Shown: one piece after another, positions 9,920 through 19,746 of the stretch
Layout: each line of letters opens with the position of its first letter
How positions within the stretch are numbered: position 1 is the stretch's first letter
From: Nanobdellota archaeon
GTDB taxonomy: Archaea > Nanobdellota > Nanobdellia > Pacearchaeales > GW2011-AR1
Length of the DNA stretch: 64,000 nt
Assembly (NCBI GenBank): GCA_038045445.1
Contig: JBBSYC010000008.1
Span: 870-64,869, forward strand
Direction: 5' to 3'
The notes under the pieces: generated by a model
What the model was told of the DNA's origin: nothing
The model's input: the letters and a program-made list of their open reading frames with translations, nothing else
Databases searched by the model: none
Made by a program: the position numbers and the translations under genes

Positions 9920-11017
9920 TTATTTCAAAATTCCTCTCTTAATAAGAAAATCTTTTGCTTTCTCAATGTAAAACCCTTTGTGATTGTTGTTTTCTGGATT
10001 AACTAACACCATTCCGTTTTCTTCAAACTGCTCTTTTAAGTCCGCTTCAACCATTGTCTGAACTAATTCTTTAAATTTTATTTTAGGACTCCAACCTAAT
10101 AATCTTTTTGCTTTTGAAGCATCTCCTAATAATGCAGGCACCTCTGCAGGACGCTTGTATCTATCTGAAACTTCTACATAATTATTATAATCTAACCCTA
10201 AGAGCGAGAAAGCTTCCTCTAAGAATTCTCTTACTGTATGAGTTTCTTCCGTTGCTATTACAAAATCATCTGGTTCGTGATGCTGTAAAATTGCCCACAT
10301 TGCTTTAACATATTCTTCGGAATGTCCCCAATCTCTTTTTGCATCTAAATTACCCATAACAATTTTATCTGCATGACCTAAAACTATGCGTGCTAATTCT
10401 CTGGTAATTTTACGTGTTGCAAAATTAATTCCTCTTCTCGGTGATTCGTGATTGAAGAGAATTCCATTTGAAGCGAATAATCCGTAAGCAACTCTATACA
10501 TTCTTGTAAAGTTGAATGCTGCAACCTTAGATACACCATAAGGACTTTGTGGCTTGAAAGGAGTTTCTTCATTTTGAGGGGGTGGAGAAGCTCCAAACAT
10601 TTCTGAGGAAGAAGCTTGATAATATTTACATTTTAGTTTTGAATGATGAATTGCATCTAGAAGACGCAAAGTTCCAAGAGCATTTATATCAAATGTAGTT
10701 GCAGGATTTTCAAAGCTTATCCCTACATGACTCTGTGCAGCTAAATTATAGACTTCATCTGGTTGTACTTTTTCTATGATATTTCTTAAACTTGAGGCAT
10801 CGGTTAAGTCAGCGTGATAACAAACAAATTCTTTTGAGGGATCTTGACCATACTTCATTTTTTTTAATAAGTGTTCTATTCTACCACTATGTATGCTACT
10901 TGAACGCCTGACTATTCCCCTTACATAATAACCTTTACTTAATAAAAATTCTGCAAGATAAGAACCGTCTTGTCCATTTATTCCTGTAATCAAAGCAACT
11001 TTTTTTTCGTTGAGCAT
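9920..11017 (-). CDS. gmd: GDP-mannose 4,6-dehydratase
   Basis: N-terminus VALITGINGQDGSYLAEFLL and NLAAQSHV are textbook GMD motifs; 365 aa. Confidence 0.9.
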   Translation of the reverse strand: MLNEKKVALITGINGQDGSYLAEFLLSKGYYVRGIVRRSSSIHSGRIEHLLKKMKYGQDPSKEFVCYHADLTDASSLRNIIEKVQPDEVYNLAAQSHVGISFENPATTFDINALGTLRLLDAIHHSKLKCKYYQASSSEMFGASPPPQNEETPFKPQSPYGVSKVAAFNFTRMYRVAYGLFASNGILFNHESPRRGINFATRKITRELARIVLGHADKIVMGNLDAKRDWGHSEEYVKAMWAILQHHEPDDFVIATEETHTVREFLEEAFSLLGLDYNNYVEVSDRYKRPAEVPALLGDASKAKRLLGWSPKIKFKELVQTMVEADLKEQFEENGMVLVNPENNNHKGFYIEKAKDFLIKRGILK

Positions 11018-11110
11018 TTTGCTAATTGCTAAAAGCGGTTTATAAATATTACTTTGATTTTGTGTCTTATAAAGAAGTTACAAGTTAGGATTTACATAAA
11101 TATTTAGTCT

Positions 11111-12925
11111 TCAACTATTTTGTTTTCTCAATAAATAGAATGGAATTATTATAGAAAATATTGCTAATATCATTAAAATGTATAATATTGAATAAGCCAA
11201 TACATTCAACAGCTTGCTAAATGCTCCATTCACAGAGTAATAGTCAAAAGCTAATTCGGGATATTCATTTCTTGGGATATGATAAAAGAAGTGATTATGA
11301 GTATTATCAATAATATTCAACGCTTGTGGGTTAAACGACAGCCTTGTTTCATAAATTCTATAAAATGGAACCCTCCTTATTTCTGCTCCTCTTACTCCCT
11401 TGATTGATCCTCCTCCTTCAAAAGATTTAATTGAGGAAACTTCTTTAAATTGACTAATCAATAGCTCCATAGATTCGTTGAGCTCTGGCTGGTCTTTAAT
11501 TGTTCCCCAGCCACAATCATCATTTACGCATTCTATAAAAATAGTCTTTACTGGCACAAACTGGCTACTATTTCCTTTTAACAATTCTGCGACATATTGA
11601 GCGTTTATGTAATGCTTATCATAGAACATCCATGCATAAGCCCCTGTATAAATCCTTGAATCTACTAAAATAAGGGTATTCTCTTCTGTCTGAGAAGCAT
11701 AAGACCTTAACTGCTGTGTTGCACTTCTAGAGGTTAATGGATCATGAAGATGCCATAAATTATATGATAAAATAATTATTAATAATAAAGCTATGAAATA
11801 TTTTTGATAAAGAGGTTTATTTATCTTCGACACAATCTGAACTATGAAGTGACTCCCAAATAAAGCAAATAATGAAAAGAATGAAGTATAATGTGTTTGC
11901 AAAACTATTGAAGACGCGATAAATAATAATACAAAAATAAACATTCCTAAGAAAAATAATTTCTCTAGCTTTTTATCTTCTTTTCTTAACCTCTTAAAAC
12001 AATAAAATATTCCAAGTAAACCTATAAGAAAAACCAACAGATCTTCTTTTATGAAATATACTGTAAGAATAGAATATAGATTTTTTACTAATTTGTTTAA
12101 AACAAACCCTTCACCATGGGCAAGCCCTGGACCTGTATAGAATTCAGGGTTTATTCTAAGGAACTGTGCAAGAGGCAAGTCTACAATGCCTTTTGATTTA
12201 AAGAGGAAAATATTATACATTATAATTGGAACTAATCCAATTAACAAAATAACTATAAAAAGAATAAATCTCCTCAAGTTATTTTTAAATAATTCTTTAT
12301 TAGATTTATAATTCTTGAACATAATCCATATCATGAAAATTAAAAATACAATCACAAAGGCTCCTGTGATTATTTTAACCAATTCTGCAATGGCTAAAAA
12401 TACCGCGGCAAGAATCGATATTTTACCTTTATCTTGATAGGACTTAATGAAAAAATAAGAAGCCAGAAGAACAAAAAACATCATTGTCTGGTCTTGATAG
12501 CTTGAGGTCCAAGTTATATGGAAAGCAGATATTGCCAGAAGAAATGCTGCTATCAAACCCGCTTTTTTATTATATAATCTGGTAGCTATCATATAAACTA
12601 CAATTATGGAAAGACTTCCAAATATAAATGACAAAAATCTTGCAGTCAGTAAACTTACTCCAAATATCCTATAAGCATAATCGGTTAAATAATACCATAT
12701 TGGACCTTGAGTCATTGTGCTTAAAGGTGCAAGTTTTGAGAACCCTAATGCATGAACTCCATGAACCATCTCGTCCTCCACATGAGTAAGATTTGATGAT
12801 ACAATAAATCTTAAGATAAATCCAAGCAGAAATATAGAGATTAAGAGAATTTTTTGATTATTTTTAAAATAATTAAAAATAATATCTATAAAGTTACTTT
12901 TTTTATTGCGTCCTTTTTCAATCAT
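11111..12925 (-). CDS. GT39/GT83-family membrane glycosyltransferase (ArnT/PMT-like)
   Basis: 604 aa, polytopic. The N-terminal loop with the DE motif (HVEDEMVHGVHALG) and the TM layout are typical of dolichyl/undecaprenyl-phosphate sugar transferases. Confidence 0.6.
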   Translation of the reverse strand: MIEKGRNKKSNFIDIIFNYFKNNQKILLISIFLLGFILRFIVSSNLTHVEDEMVHGVHALGFSKLAPLSTMTQGPIWYYLTDYAYRIFGVSLLTARFLSFIFGSLSIIVVYMIATRLYNKKAGLIAAFLLAISAFHITWTSSYQDQTMMFFVLLASYFFIKSYQDKGKISILAAVFLAIAELVKIITGAFVIVFLIFMIWIMFKNYKSNKELFKNNLRRFILFIVILLIGLVPIIMYNIFLFKSKGIVDLPLAQFLRINPEFYTGPGLAHGEGFVLNKLVKNLYSILTVYFIKEDLLVFLIGLLGIFYCFKRLRKEDKKLEKLFFLGMFIFVLLFIASSIVLQTHYTSFFSLFALFGSHFIVQIVSKINKPLYQKYFIALLLIIILSYNLWHLHDPLTSRSATQQLRSYASQTEENTLILVDSRIYTGAYAWMFYDKHYINAQYVAELLKGNSSQFVPVKTIFIECVNDDCGWGTIKDQPELNESMELLISQFKEVSSIKSFEGGGSIKGVRGAEIRRVPFYRIYETRLSFNPQALNIIDNTHNHFFYHIPRNEYPELAFDYYSVNGAFSKLLNVLAYSILYILMILAIFSIIIPFYLLRKQNS

Positions 12926-12962
12926 GTAATTATAAAGTTTGAGATTATATAAATATAAAGTA

Positions 12963-13793
12963 TTAATGATTTTTTATCTTTAAATAATAGTCTTTCAAAG
13001 CACCCTGCCATGGTCTTAATTTTATTTTATTTGAAATCAAACATTCGCTTTCTGACCTTGCAGGAATTCCAACAGATGCTGTAAAATTTGTATTTACTAC
13101 TTCAACTAAATTTTTTTTATTTTTTATTGACGCCACTTCTTTTACAACATCATATGCAGAGCCACAGTTGGAATTAGCTATATGAAATATTCCTTTCGAG
13201 TTGGACTGAATAAGTTTTTTTAGTTCATCTATGAAATCAACAATGTATGTTGGAGAACCTGTGCTATCATCTGTAGCTTTTATTCCTGAAAGACTTTCGG
13301 AATTTATAAGATAGTCTATGAATTTTGAAAAACCACTTTTCTTATAACTTAAACCAAACAACCATCCAGTTCTAATAATCAAAAAGTTTTTAGTTATTCT
13401 TTGCAATATTAGTTCTGCCAAATATTTAGTTTTTCCGTATATATTCAATGGGTTTGGCAAGTGGTTCTCGTCAAAATGTTCGCCTGCTTTTCCGTTAAAA
13501 ATCGCTCCACTCGAGATAATTATTATAGGAATATTTAATTCTAAAGCTTCTGTGGCTACATTACATAACCCTAAAACATTAACCTCATACGCAAGAGAAG
13601 GGTTTTTTTCAGAATTATTCAAATCTACTGAAGCAAGACATAATACGGCAGAAGGATTGTATTTTAATAATGCTTTTTTTACATCTTCTATTTTAGTTAT
13701 GTCTAAGTCTTTATGAGATAACTTTATTCCAAATTGTATCTCTTGGGCTATAGCACTATCTTTTCCAATTATAAGAACTTTAGATATATCCAT
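12963..13793 (-). CDS. RmlD-like NDP-4-keto-sugar reductase (SDR superfamily)
   Basis: The region NIYGKTKYLAEL contains a YxxxK catalytic motif. 276-aa product; N-terminus KVLIIGKDSAIAQEI. Confidence 0.5.
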   Translation of the reverse strand: MDISKVLIIGKDSAIAQEIQFGIKLSHKDLDITKIEDVKKALLKYNPSAVLCLASVDLNNSEKNPSLAYEVNVLGLCNVATEALELNIPIIIISSGAIFNGKAGEHFDENHLPNPLNIYGKTKYLAELILQRITKNFLIIRTGWLFGLSYKKSGFSKFIDYLINSESLSGIKATDDSTGSPTYIVDFIDELKKLIQSNSKGIFHIANSNCGSAYDVVKEVASIKNKKNLVEVVNTNFTASVGIPARSESECLISNKIKLRPWQGALKDYYLKIKNH

Positions 13794-15037
13794 TAAAATT
13801 CCTCTACCTTTAAGTCTGGGAAGGGAATTATCATCTTAAAAAAAGGCATAATTTCTTTTAGCCTATTAACAAAACTATCTTTATAATTCCATGAAAGTAA
13901 AAGGAAAGTGATTTTGTCTTTCTCATCTTTAAGTGCTTGAATTGGTTTTACTGGAATGTGAACTCCAGGGGCAACTTTGCCTTGTTTTAAAATAGTATCA
14001 TCTATTATATAGTCTACATCTTTTGAATTAATCCCTATATAATTCATTATTACTACTCCCCTAGCAGGTGCTCCAAGGCCTATGATTTTATGGTTTTTTG
14101 CTTTTTCAATATTTATTAATTTTCTCATTTCAATTTTATAATTCTTTACTTTATTTTCTACTTTTTTGTAATTATCTACATCTGCTAACCCAAATTTAAC
14201 TTCTTCATTTAACAAGTCGCTTACTGATCTAGATATTGGCTTTGTAAATTCATCTTTCATTGCAAATATTCTTAATGAGCCCCCTTGAGTTGGAATCTTT
14301 TCAACATCAAAAACGGTCAGACCAGCCATCCTGAAAGTAGAGATGAGTGAATGCAATGAGAAGGTATACACGTGTTCGTGATAAATTGTATCAAATTCTC
14401 CCCTTAAGATTGTTTCAAGAGCATATACTCCTTCCATCATCAAGACTCCATTATCTTTAAGGATTATTCTTACTCCTTTTAGCAGATCAATATTATTAGG
14501 AGTATGAGGAATAACGTTTAAAGCAATGGCTAAGTCAAATTTTCCCTTATCTTTTAAAATATTTGAAGCTGTTTTTGTGTTGAAAAACTCAGGGATATAA
14601 TCTACTCCTTTTTGTTTATTTACTTCCACAAGATTTAACGCTGGATCCACCCCTAAAACATTTGAAGAGTATTTTTTAAAGAAAGAGAGAAGCGTTCCGT
14701 CATTTGAACCTATCTCTAAAATTTTTGTTTTTTCGTTTAGGCTTAATTTTTTATTTATATGATCTGCTACACTCTCTAAGTGCTGGATATTTGTCTGTGA
14801 GCCTGCAGATAAATGAAGATAATTCCTGAAAAGATCTTGGGGAGGCACAATCTCTTCTAATTGAACAAGAAAACAATTTGGACAATAAGCCAAGTTAAGA
14901 GGATAGGATTTTTCATTTTTTATTTCTTCTTTTGTGATAAAAGCATTTACTGGAGGAATATTTCCTAACTCTAAAAATCTAGATATCTCCTCGAATCCAC
15001 AAGACTTGCATTTTAAGCTATTCATGTAAATTCTCAA
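13793..15037 (-). CDS. NDP-hexose C-methyltransferase (TylC3-like), paralog of 6987..8591
   Basis: N-terminal Cys-rich region (CKSCGF...CPNC) and ILEIGSNDGTL. It is collinear with the other C-methyltransferase; 414 aa. Confidence 0.65.
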   Translation of the reverse strand: MRIYMNSLKCKSCGFEEISRFLELGNIPPVNAFITKEEIKNEKSYPLNLAYCPNCFLVQLEEIVPPQDLFRNYLHLSAGSQTNIQHLESVADHINKKLSLNEKTKILEIGSNDGTLLSFFKKYSSNVLGVDPALNLVEVNKQKGVDYIPEFFNTKTASNILKDKGKFDLAIALNVIPHTPNNIDLLKGVRIILKDNGVLMMEGVYALETILRGEFDTIYHEHVYTFSLHSLISTFRMAGLTVFDVEKIPTQGGSLRIFAMKDEFTKPISRSVSDLLNEEVKFGLADVDNYKKVENKVKNYKIEMRKLINIEKAKNHKIIGLGAPARGVVIMNYIGINSKDVDYIIDDTILKQGKVAPGVHIPVKPIQALKDEKDKITFLLLSWNYKDSFVNRLKEIMPFFKMIIPFPDLKVEEF

Positions 15038-15820
15038 TTATAACTGCTTAAATACCTTATTATGTCCTAAATGTGCCTTCGCCCAAATAAACTGACCCAG
15101 AACTCCGAATGAACGTATAGCATACCAACTAGCTCCTTTTATTGAGTGAGATGTATGGTCTGCATGGTAATCTGCTTCAACAGGAACCTCTTTTACATGC
15201 ATCTTATAATAAGCTGCCTGAGCAATAATTTGGAAGCTGAACAGGTAATCATTAGTATTCTCATCATAAGGAACTTTTTCTAATAGCTTTCGACCATATA
15301 TTCTAAATCCAGTGTGAAATTCAGTTAGTTTTAACCCTAAGACCAAACGATCAAAAAAGCTTAATCCCCTATTAGCAAGGAATCTTATTAGAGGCATTCC
15401 ATCTTTTAGTGCTTGTCCTTTTTTCTGGAAACGAGATCCTAAAATAAGTTGAGCTTTTCCTTCTTGCATATAGGGCATTGCATATTTTATAGAAATTGGA
15501 TTAAATTGAGCGCCGTCTCCATGAATTTCTACAATATAATCTGCACCCATTTCAAGAGCTTTCTTTATTCCAGCTTTAAGGTTCCCACCATAACCTCTAT
15601 TTGGAACATGCCTGAATGCTTTTAATCCTAATTTTTTAGCTACCTCATAAGTTCCATCTTTAGAGCCGTCATCCATCAATATCAGATCATCCAAAAGCTC
15701 TTTTGGTATTGCCTTTATCCTTTCTACTGCGCGGGGTAACATTCTTGCAACATTGTATGCTAGAATTACTCCAATTACTTTAGGTTTTTTTATACCATAC
15801 TTTAGTTGTTTCTTAACCAT
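15038..15820 (-). CDS. glycosyltransferase family 2 (dolichyl-phosphate hexose synthase-like)
   Basis: VIGVILAYNVARML...LMDDGSKDGT... matches Dpm1-like GT2 enzymes. Confidence 0.65.
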   Translation of the reverse strand: MVKKQLKYGIKKPKVIGVILAYNVARMLPRAVERIKAIPKELLDDLILMDDGSKDGTYEVAKKLGLKAFRHVPNRGYGGNLKAGIKKALEMGADYIVEIHGDGAQFNPISIKYAMPYMQEGKAQLILGSRFQKKGQALKDGMPLIRFLANRGLSFFDRLVLGLKLTEFHTGFRIYGRKLLEKVPYDENTNDYLFSFQIIAQAAYYKMHVKEVPVEADYHADHTSHSIKGASWYAIRSFGVLGQFIWAKAHLGHNKVFKQL

Positions 15821-15845
15821 CTTGAAAAACGTAATAAAACAGGTT

Positions 15846-15860
15846 TATAAAGATATATAA
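15846..15860 (+). promoter_or_regulatory. putative archaeal BRE/TATA box for the SemiSWEET gene
   Basis: The sequence tataaagatatataa lies ~20–30 nt upstream of the ATG at 15875, the leaderless-promoter geometry. Confidence 0.35.
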
Positions 15861-15874
15861 TTTTTAGTGCTCGA

Positions 15875-16126
15875 ATGATTACAGATATCGTAGGATATGT
15901 GGCTGCAATAATGGGAACGTTAATTATGTTTCCTCAATTGATTAAAACAATAAGAACAAAAAGTGCCAAAGACGTTTCTATGGGTATGTTAATTGTTTTT
16001 CTAATTAATTGCTTTCTTTGGGTAACTTAGGGAATATTAATAAAAGACGGTCCTGTGGCCATAAGTAATTCTTTAGTCTTTATCATACTCGTAATTGAGA
16101 TTGTTTTGAAAATTAAATATAAATAA
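15875..16126 (+). pseudogene. SemiSWEET / PQ-loop sugar transporter with an in-frame TAG at codon 52 (16028–16030)
   Basis: Translation MITDIVGYVAAIMGTLIMFPQLIKTIRTKSAKDVSMGMLIVFLINCFLWVT[TAG]GILIKDGPVA... matches bacterial SemiSWEETs (FLPQ... / LW-x-VYGIL). The TAG sits where the conserved Tyr codon belongs. Not in the ORF track because of the stop. Confidence 0.6.
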
Positions 16127-16127
16127 A

Positions 16128-17027
16128 TTAGTTTTTAACTAAGAATCCGCTTTCCAGGTTGCCAAACTCTACCCTCTTTCCAGATTCTTTTATTTGTCTA
16201 ACGGTATAGTTGAATTGGTCTCTATCTAGTGCACCCATTAAAACTGCTGCTCCATCTCCAACCATTTCTCTTGTTCCAGTGTATTTGTCGATTATGAAGT
16301 CTACTAATTGTCTTTTAGGTACAAAGAAATATCCAGAAGCAGTCTTAGGATTTATTCCTGGCTTCAATTCTTCTGGAGCTAAATGCGTTTTAAGACCGAA
16401 AGAAATCATTCCACTAAAATCTGGAGCTTCGCTAGAATGAACGTTTGTTACTCCAAGAAGAGTTGCATCTGAAGGTTTTAACCCTAATTCTCTGAACATT
16501 TTCTCTTCTAAATCTGTTTGTGGTTTAATTACTCCGCCATCATATATCTTACATAACCCTGCGCAAGAAGAGTCAATCAAGTTAGGGGCGTGTGTTGCAT
16601 TAGATGGTCTTCTGTGAACTAAAATTGTTCCATCTCCTGTTTCGAGATAAGCTCCAACAGCAAGTATTCTCATCCTACTGTAAAAATCTGGTTGTAATCT
16701 TCTCTCTTCTAATGGAAGAGCTCTTAATTCTTTATCAAAATCAGGATTTAGAGATGTTCTAGTTGTAGCTACATAATCTTGGAAATTTGATGCGTCACAA
16801 ATTAAAACACCGTCACGACTAGAAGATAGAGTGGCTAATGGTCCTGCAGTGGCTTTAGGATTAGCAACAAGAACTTTATCTTTCCAGACTCGTTCAATAA
16901 TAGATTTATCAGAGCTTGTGATATATCGAGAGAATTCTGATCCAGACATGGTTACATTTAATGCTTCTGGAGATACAGGGTTTTCTGGAGTATAGAAGAA
17001 TTCTATTTCTGCTCTCGGATTTGTCAT
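16128..17027 (-). CDS. NUDIX-fold protein with a degenerate NUDIX box and N/C-terminal extensions
   Basis: RILAVGAYLETGDGTILVHRRP...SSCAGL...LEEKMFRELGL resembles NUDIX beta-strands and a helix with a degenerate box. 299-aa product; GC-richer. Confidence 0.35.
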   Translation of the reverse strand: MTNPRAEIEFFYTPENPVSPEALNVTMSGSEFSRYITSSDKSIIERVWKDKVLVANPKATAGPLATLSSSRDGVLICDASNFQDYVATTRTSLNPDFDKELRALPLEERRLQPDFYSRMRILAVGAYLETGDGTILVHRRPSNATHAPNLIDSSCAGLCKIYDGGVIKPQTDLEEKMFRELGLKPSDATLLGVTNVHSSEAPDFSGMISFGLKTHLAPEELKPGINPKTASGYFFVPKRQLVDFIIDKYTGTREMVGDGAAVLMGALDRDQFNYTVRQIKESGKRVEFGNLESGFLVKN

Positions 17028-17082
17028 AAATTAGTTCTGTGGATTTTGGTATATAAATCTTAGTATTGTTACTATTATGTAA

Positions 17083-17751
17083 TTAATCATTATATGCCTG
17101 CCTTTGTGTCGGTAAAAAGAATTTTGCAAGAGCCATGTTCCCTCTAAATAATGCAATAAATCTGCCATATAAACTTTTTTCAGGTGTGTCTTTAGAATAA
17201 AACGGGTGTGCTTTTTCCATAAATCTTGAAAGAGCAGAATAATCTCCCCTTTCAACACCTAATTTCTTCATATCTTTTGCGACGATTACTTTTTGAATCC
17301 ATTCAATGAATCTAGTATATGAACCACTTCGAGGATTATTTGTTGGTTCTGGATTGAAATGCTTACTATCTCCAAATACTAATTCTGCACAGTATCTACT
17401 CCTACCCATATGGAATGGGTCTGTAATAAGAGCTATTTCTCTTTGATCTGCTCCAATTAATTGGCGTGAGAAATAAAAATTACCTAATGTATCCAGGGAC
17501 TGCTCCTCACAAGATATCATTCTTGTTGGAACTCCTTGGGATAATAAAAAATCTGCAACTTGGTGACATTCTCTTTTCATTTCTTTTGGTAACGTTCTTC
17601 CTAAAAATCCAGAATGTGAACCAGAAACAAGAATTGGGGTATCTCCATTAGACTCTGAAAACATTTGTATTGCTCTCTGACTTCTGTGCCTTAATTTAGT
17701 ATCTTCTCCAGATAAGATCATTATTAAATCGAGTTTCATAAAAATAGACAA
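17083..17751 (-). CDS. DUF218 (YdcF/SanA-like) domain protein
   Basis: IILSGEDT...SGSHSGF...CEEQSLDTLGN matches the DUF218 signature (E..S.nT.eN). Confidence 0.55.
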   Translation of the reverse strand: MSIFMKLDLIMILSGEDTKLRHRSQRAIQMFSESNGDTPILVSGSHSGFLGRTLPKEMKRECHQVADFLLSQGVPTRMISCEEQSLDTLGNFYFSRQLIGADQREIALITDPFHMGRSRYCAELVFGDSKHFNPEPTNNPRSGSYTRFIEWIQKVIVAKDMKKLGVERGDYSALSRFMEKAHPFYSKDTPEKSLYGRFIALFRGNMALAKFFLPTQRQAYND

Positions 17752-17782
17752 ATTAGGCCATTCTTAAAGCTTGGGTAACAAA

Positions 17783-18856
17783 TCAATCGTGTTTTTCGCC
17801 ATTAGACCATCTCGGACTCGAAGCTAAACTGTAATTGATTAATGGTTCTTTGATGATTTTCTTCATAACTTCCAGATTATAATAATTAATGTCATCCATG
17901 TTTATTAATTGCCCCGATTTATGAGCATCTTCAATCTCTTTAAGACCATGCTCTATTCCATATAAACATTTGAATCCACATATCTTTTCAAATTTTCTGA
18001 AGCTTACTCTATAAGACCTATTGTCTTTGTTTTGTTCCACTCTTTCAACTGGGGAATTATTGAAGTATCTTGAAATTAAAGGAACTAAGTCCTTTATCAT
18101 AAAATTCAAGTCGCTGTTTCCGACGTTAAAAATTTGCTTGTTTGTGATGTTTGGATCTTCTTCCATCACCACCATGATAGCTCTGCTTGCATCTTTTACA
18201 TGTAAAAATGGTCTATACTGTGTTCCATCTCCATTAAGCAATATGCTTTTTCCCTGTAATGCTCTTTTAGCCATAACATTGACAGCAATATCAAACCTCA
18301 TTCTCGGAGAATATCCGAAGAGTGTGGCAAATCTTAAAGATGTAATTGAGAATTTAGAGTCTGCAAGTGGAAATAGGGCATTCTCGCATTGAAGTTTAGA
18401 CAATGCATAAAGAGTAACTGGTCCGACATCTGACTGCTCGTCAAGGAACTTGTCTCCGCTAGCCCCATAAACACTGCATGATGAAATAAAAATAAATTTC
18501 TTTATACCTTCTACTTTTGCTCTTCTTGCTAATGACATTGTTGCCAAGAAATTAGTTTGAATTGTTAGATTGGGATCTAAATCTCCTGAAGGATCGTTAG
18601 ACATCCCAGATAAATGAATCACTGTTTCCACTTCATTAAACAGATCTGGTATATTTTCATGATGCGCAATATCCATTTCAGTTATTTTTAGATTAGGATT
18701 TGTGAGGTATTTTTCTATCGAAGACTTTCCGAAATAAAAAGTATCTACTACATGCACTTTGTAATCTTTTTCAAGAAGCATAGGAACTAAAATAGATCCC
18801 AAATATCCAGCACCTCCGGTAACTACTACTCTTTTATAATTGTGAAAATCTTTCAT
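17783..18856 (-). CDS. NAD-dependent epimerase/dehydratase (extended SDR)
   Basis: VVVTGGAGYLGSILV Rossmann motif and YALSK catalytic motif; 357-aa product. Confidence 0.65.
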   Translation of the reverse strand: MKDFHNYKRVVVTGGAGYLGSILVPMLLEKDYKVHVVDTFYFGKSSIEKYLTNPNLKITEMDIAHHENIPDLFNEVETVIHLSGMSNDPSGDLDPNLTIQTNFLATMSLARRAKVEGIKKFIFISSCSVYGASGDKFLDEQSDVGPVTLYALSKLQCENALFPLADSKFSITSLRFATLFGYSPRMRFDIAVNVMAKRALQGKSILLNGDGTQYRPFLHVKDASRAIMVVMEEDPNITNKQIFNVGNSDLNFMIKDLVPLISRYFNNSPVERVEQNKDNRSYRVSFRKFEKICGFKCLYGIEHGLKEIEDAHKSGQLINMDDINYYNLEVMKKIIKEPLINYSLASSPRWSNGEKHD

Positions 18857-18955
18857 AATGTATATATCTCTTATTAATCGGCTAGAAATATTATTTATAA
18901 AGTTATTGATAAACTAAAACAATAGTAATTTAAACATCTGGACTGAAAAATTGGA

Positions 18956-19234
18956 ATGGTTCTTGTAAAAGTTTTAGGCTTAATAGATTTTATCGCGTCA
19001 ATTATATTATTATTGATGGTCTTCTCTGTGGATATTCCATTACAAGTTTTAATCTTCATAGGAGCGCTTCTGTTTGTTAAAAGCCTCTTTATTCTGGGGG
19101 GAGATTTTTTGAGTATTGTTGATCTTGTTGCTTCATTGACTCTTTTTATGGGAATTTTCTTTTCACCCTTTGCATTTTTACTATGGATTTTAAGTTTGCT
19201 ATTGATCTCAAAAGGAGTTGCTAGTTTCTTATAA
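18956..19234 (+). CDS. small hydrophobic membrane protein (hypothetical)
   Basis: 92-aa product with about three TM segments; no recognisable motif. Confidence 0.3.
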   Translation: MVLVKVLGLIDFIASIILLLMVFSVDIPLQVLIFIGALLFVKSLFILGGDFLSIVDLVASLTLFMGIFFSPFAFLLWILSLLLISKGVASFL

Positions 19235-19341
19235 TCTTTTTAAAGCTAATTCTAAAAAGTCTCTCACATATGGGTGTAATGACCTTTCTTTTTTCCTAAA
19301 TACTTCTTCATTAACAATTACGAAACCTGAATGAAATCGAT

Positions 19342-19746
19342 CTATCTGTATCTCCCCCTACCTTTTGCTACGTACATCAAGTTGAAAGTATCTGTTCCTT
19401 TATTATGAGGGAATGGTGCCTCTCTAAAATAAGTTCTACTAACATTTAAAAGTGCCAAGTCTTCCAAGTCTAACCCTGATTCTTGTTTTGCCACTTGCAT
19501 TATTCCTTCTTCCGAGGAAGTCCCTTTTTGTAAGCGCCCGCCGACAGGCCATAATTCTCTTAATGCAGGAGCATTTCTTCTCTCCAAAAGCAGAAATCCT
19601 CCACAACACTCAATTAGAACATCTGCGCACAAGATTATCGAATTTCTATGAATTATTAGGTATTCTTCCTCTGGTATAAACCCTATTCTCAAACGGTTTA
19701 AATCAATAGGCCTGCCGTCTTCAAGTGCATACTCTTTATAATCCAT
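19342..19746 (-). CDS. NUDIX-like hydrolase (divergent)
   Basis: LLLERRNAP...WPVGGRLQKG...EEGIMQVAKQESGL is NUDIX-fold-like but divergent. The TAG stop is in frame with, and directly abuts, the upstream cupin gene. Confidence 0.4.
   Translation of the reverse strand: MDYKEYALEDGRPIDLNRLRIGFIPEEEYLIIHRNSIILCADVLIECCGGFLLLERRNAPALRELWPVGGRLQKGTSSEEGIMQVAKQESGLDLEDLALLNVSRTYFREAPFPHNKGTDTFNLMYVAKGRGRYR

Noticed and set aside
18956-19234. Class III (type IV pilin-like) signal peptides on the small secreted proteins
   Set aside because: The N-termini look like ordinary Sec signal peptides with a long hydrophobic core then A-x-A-like sites. They lack a short basic stretch followed by a G/A cleavage motif. 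No prepilin peptidase gene is in the window.
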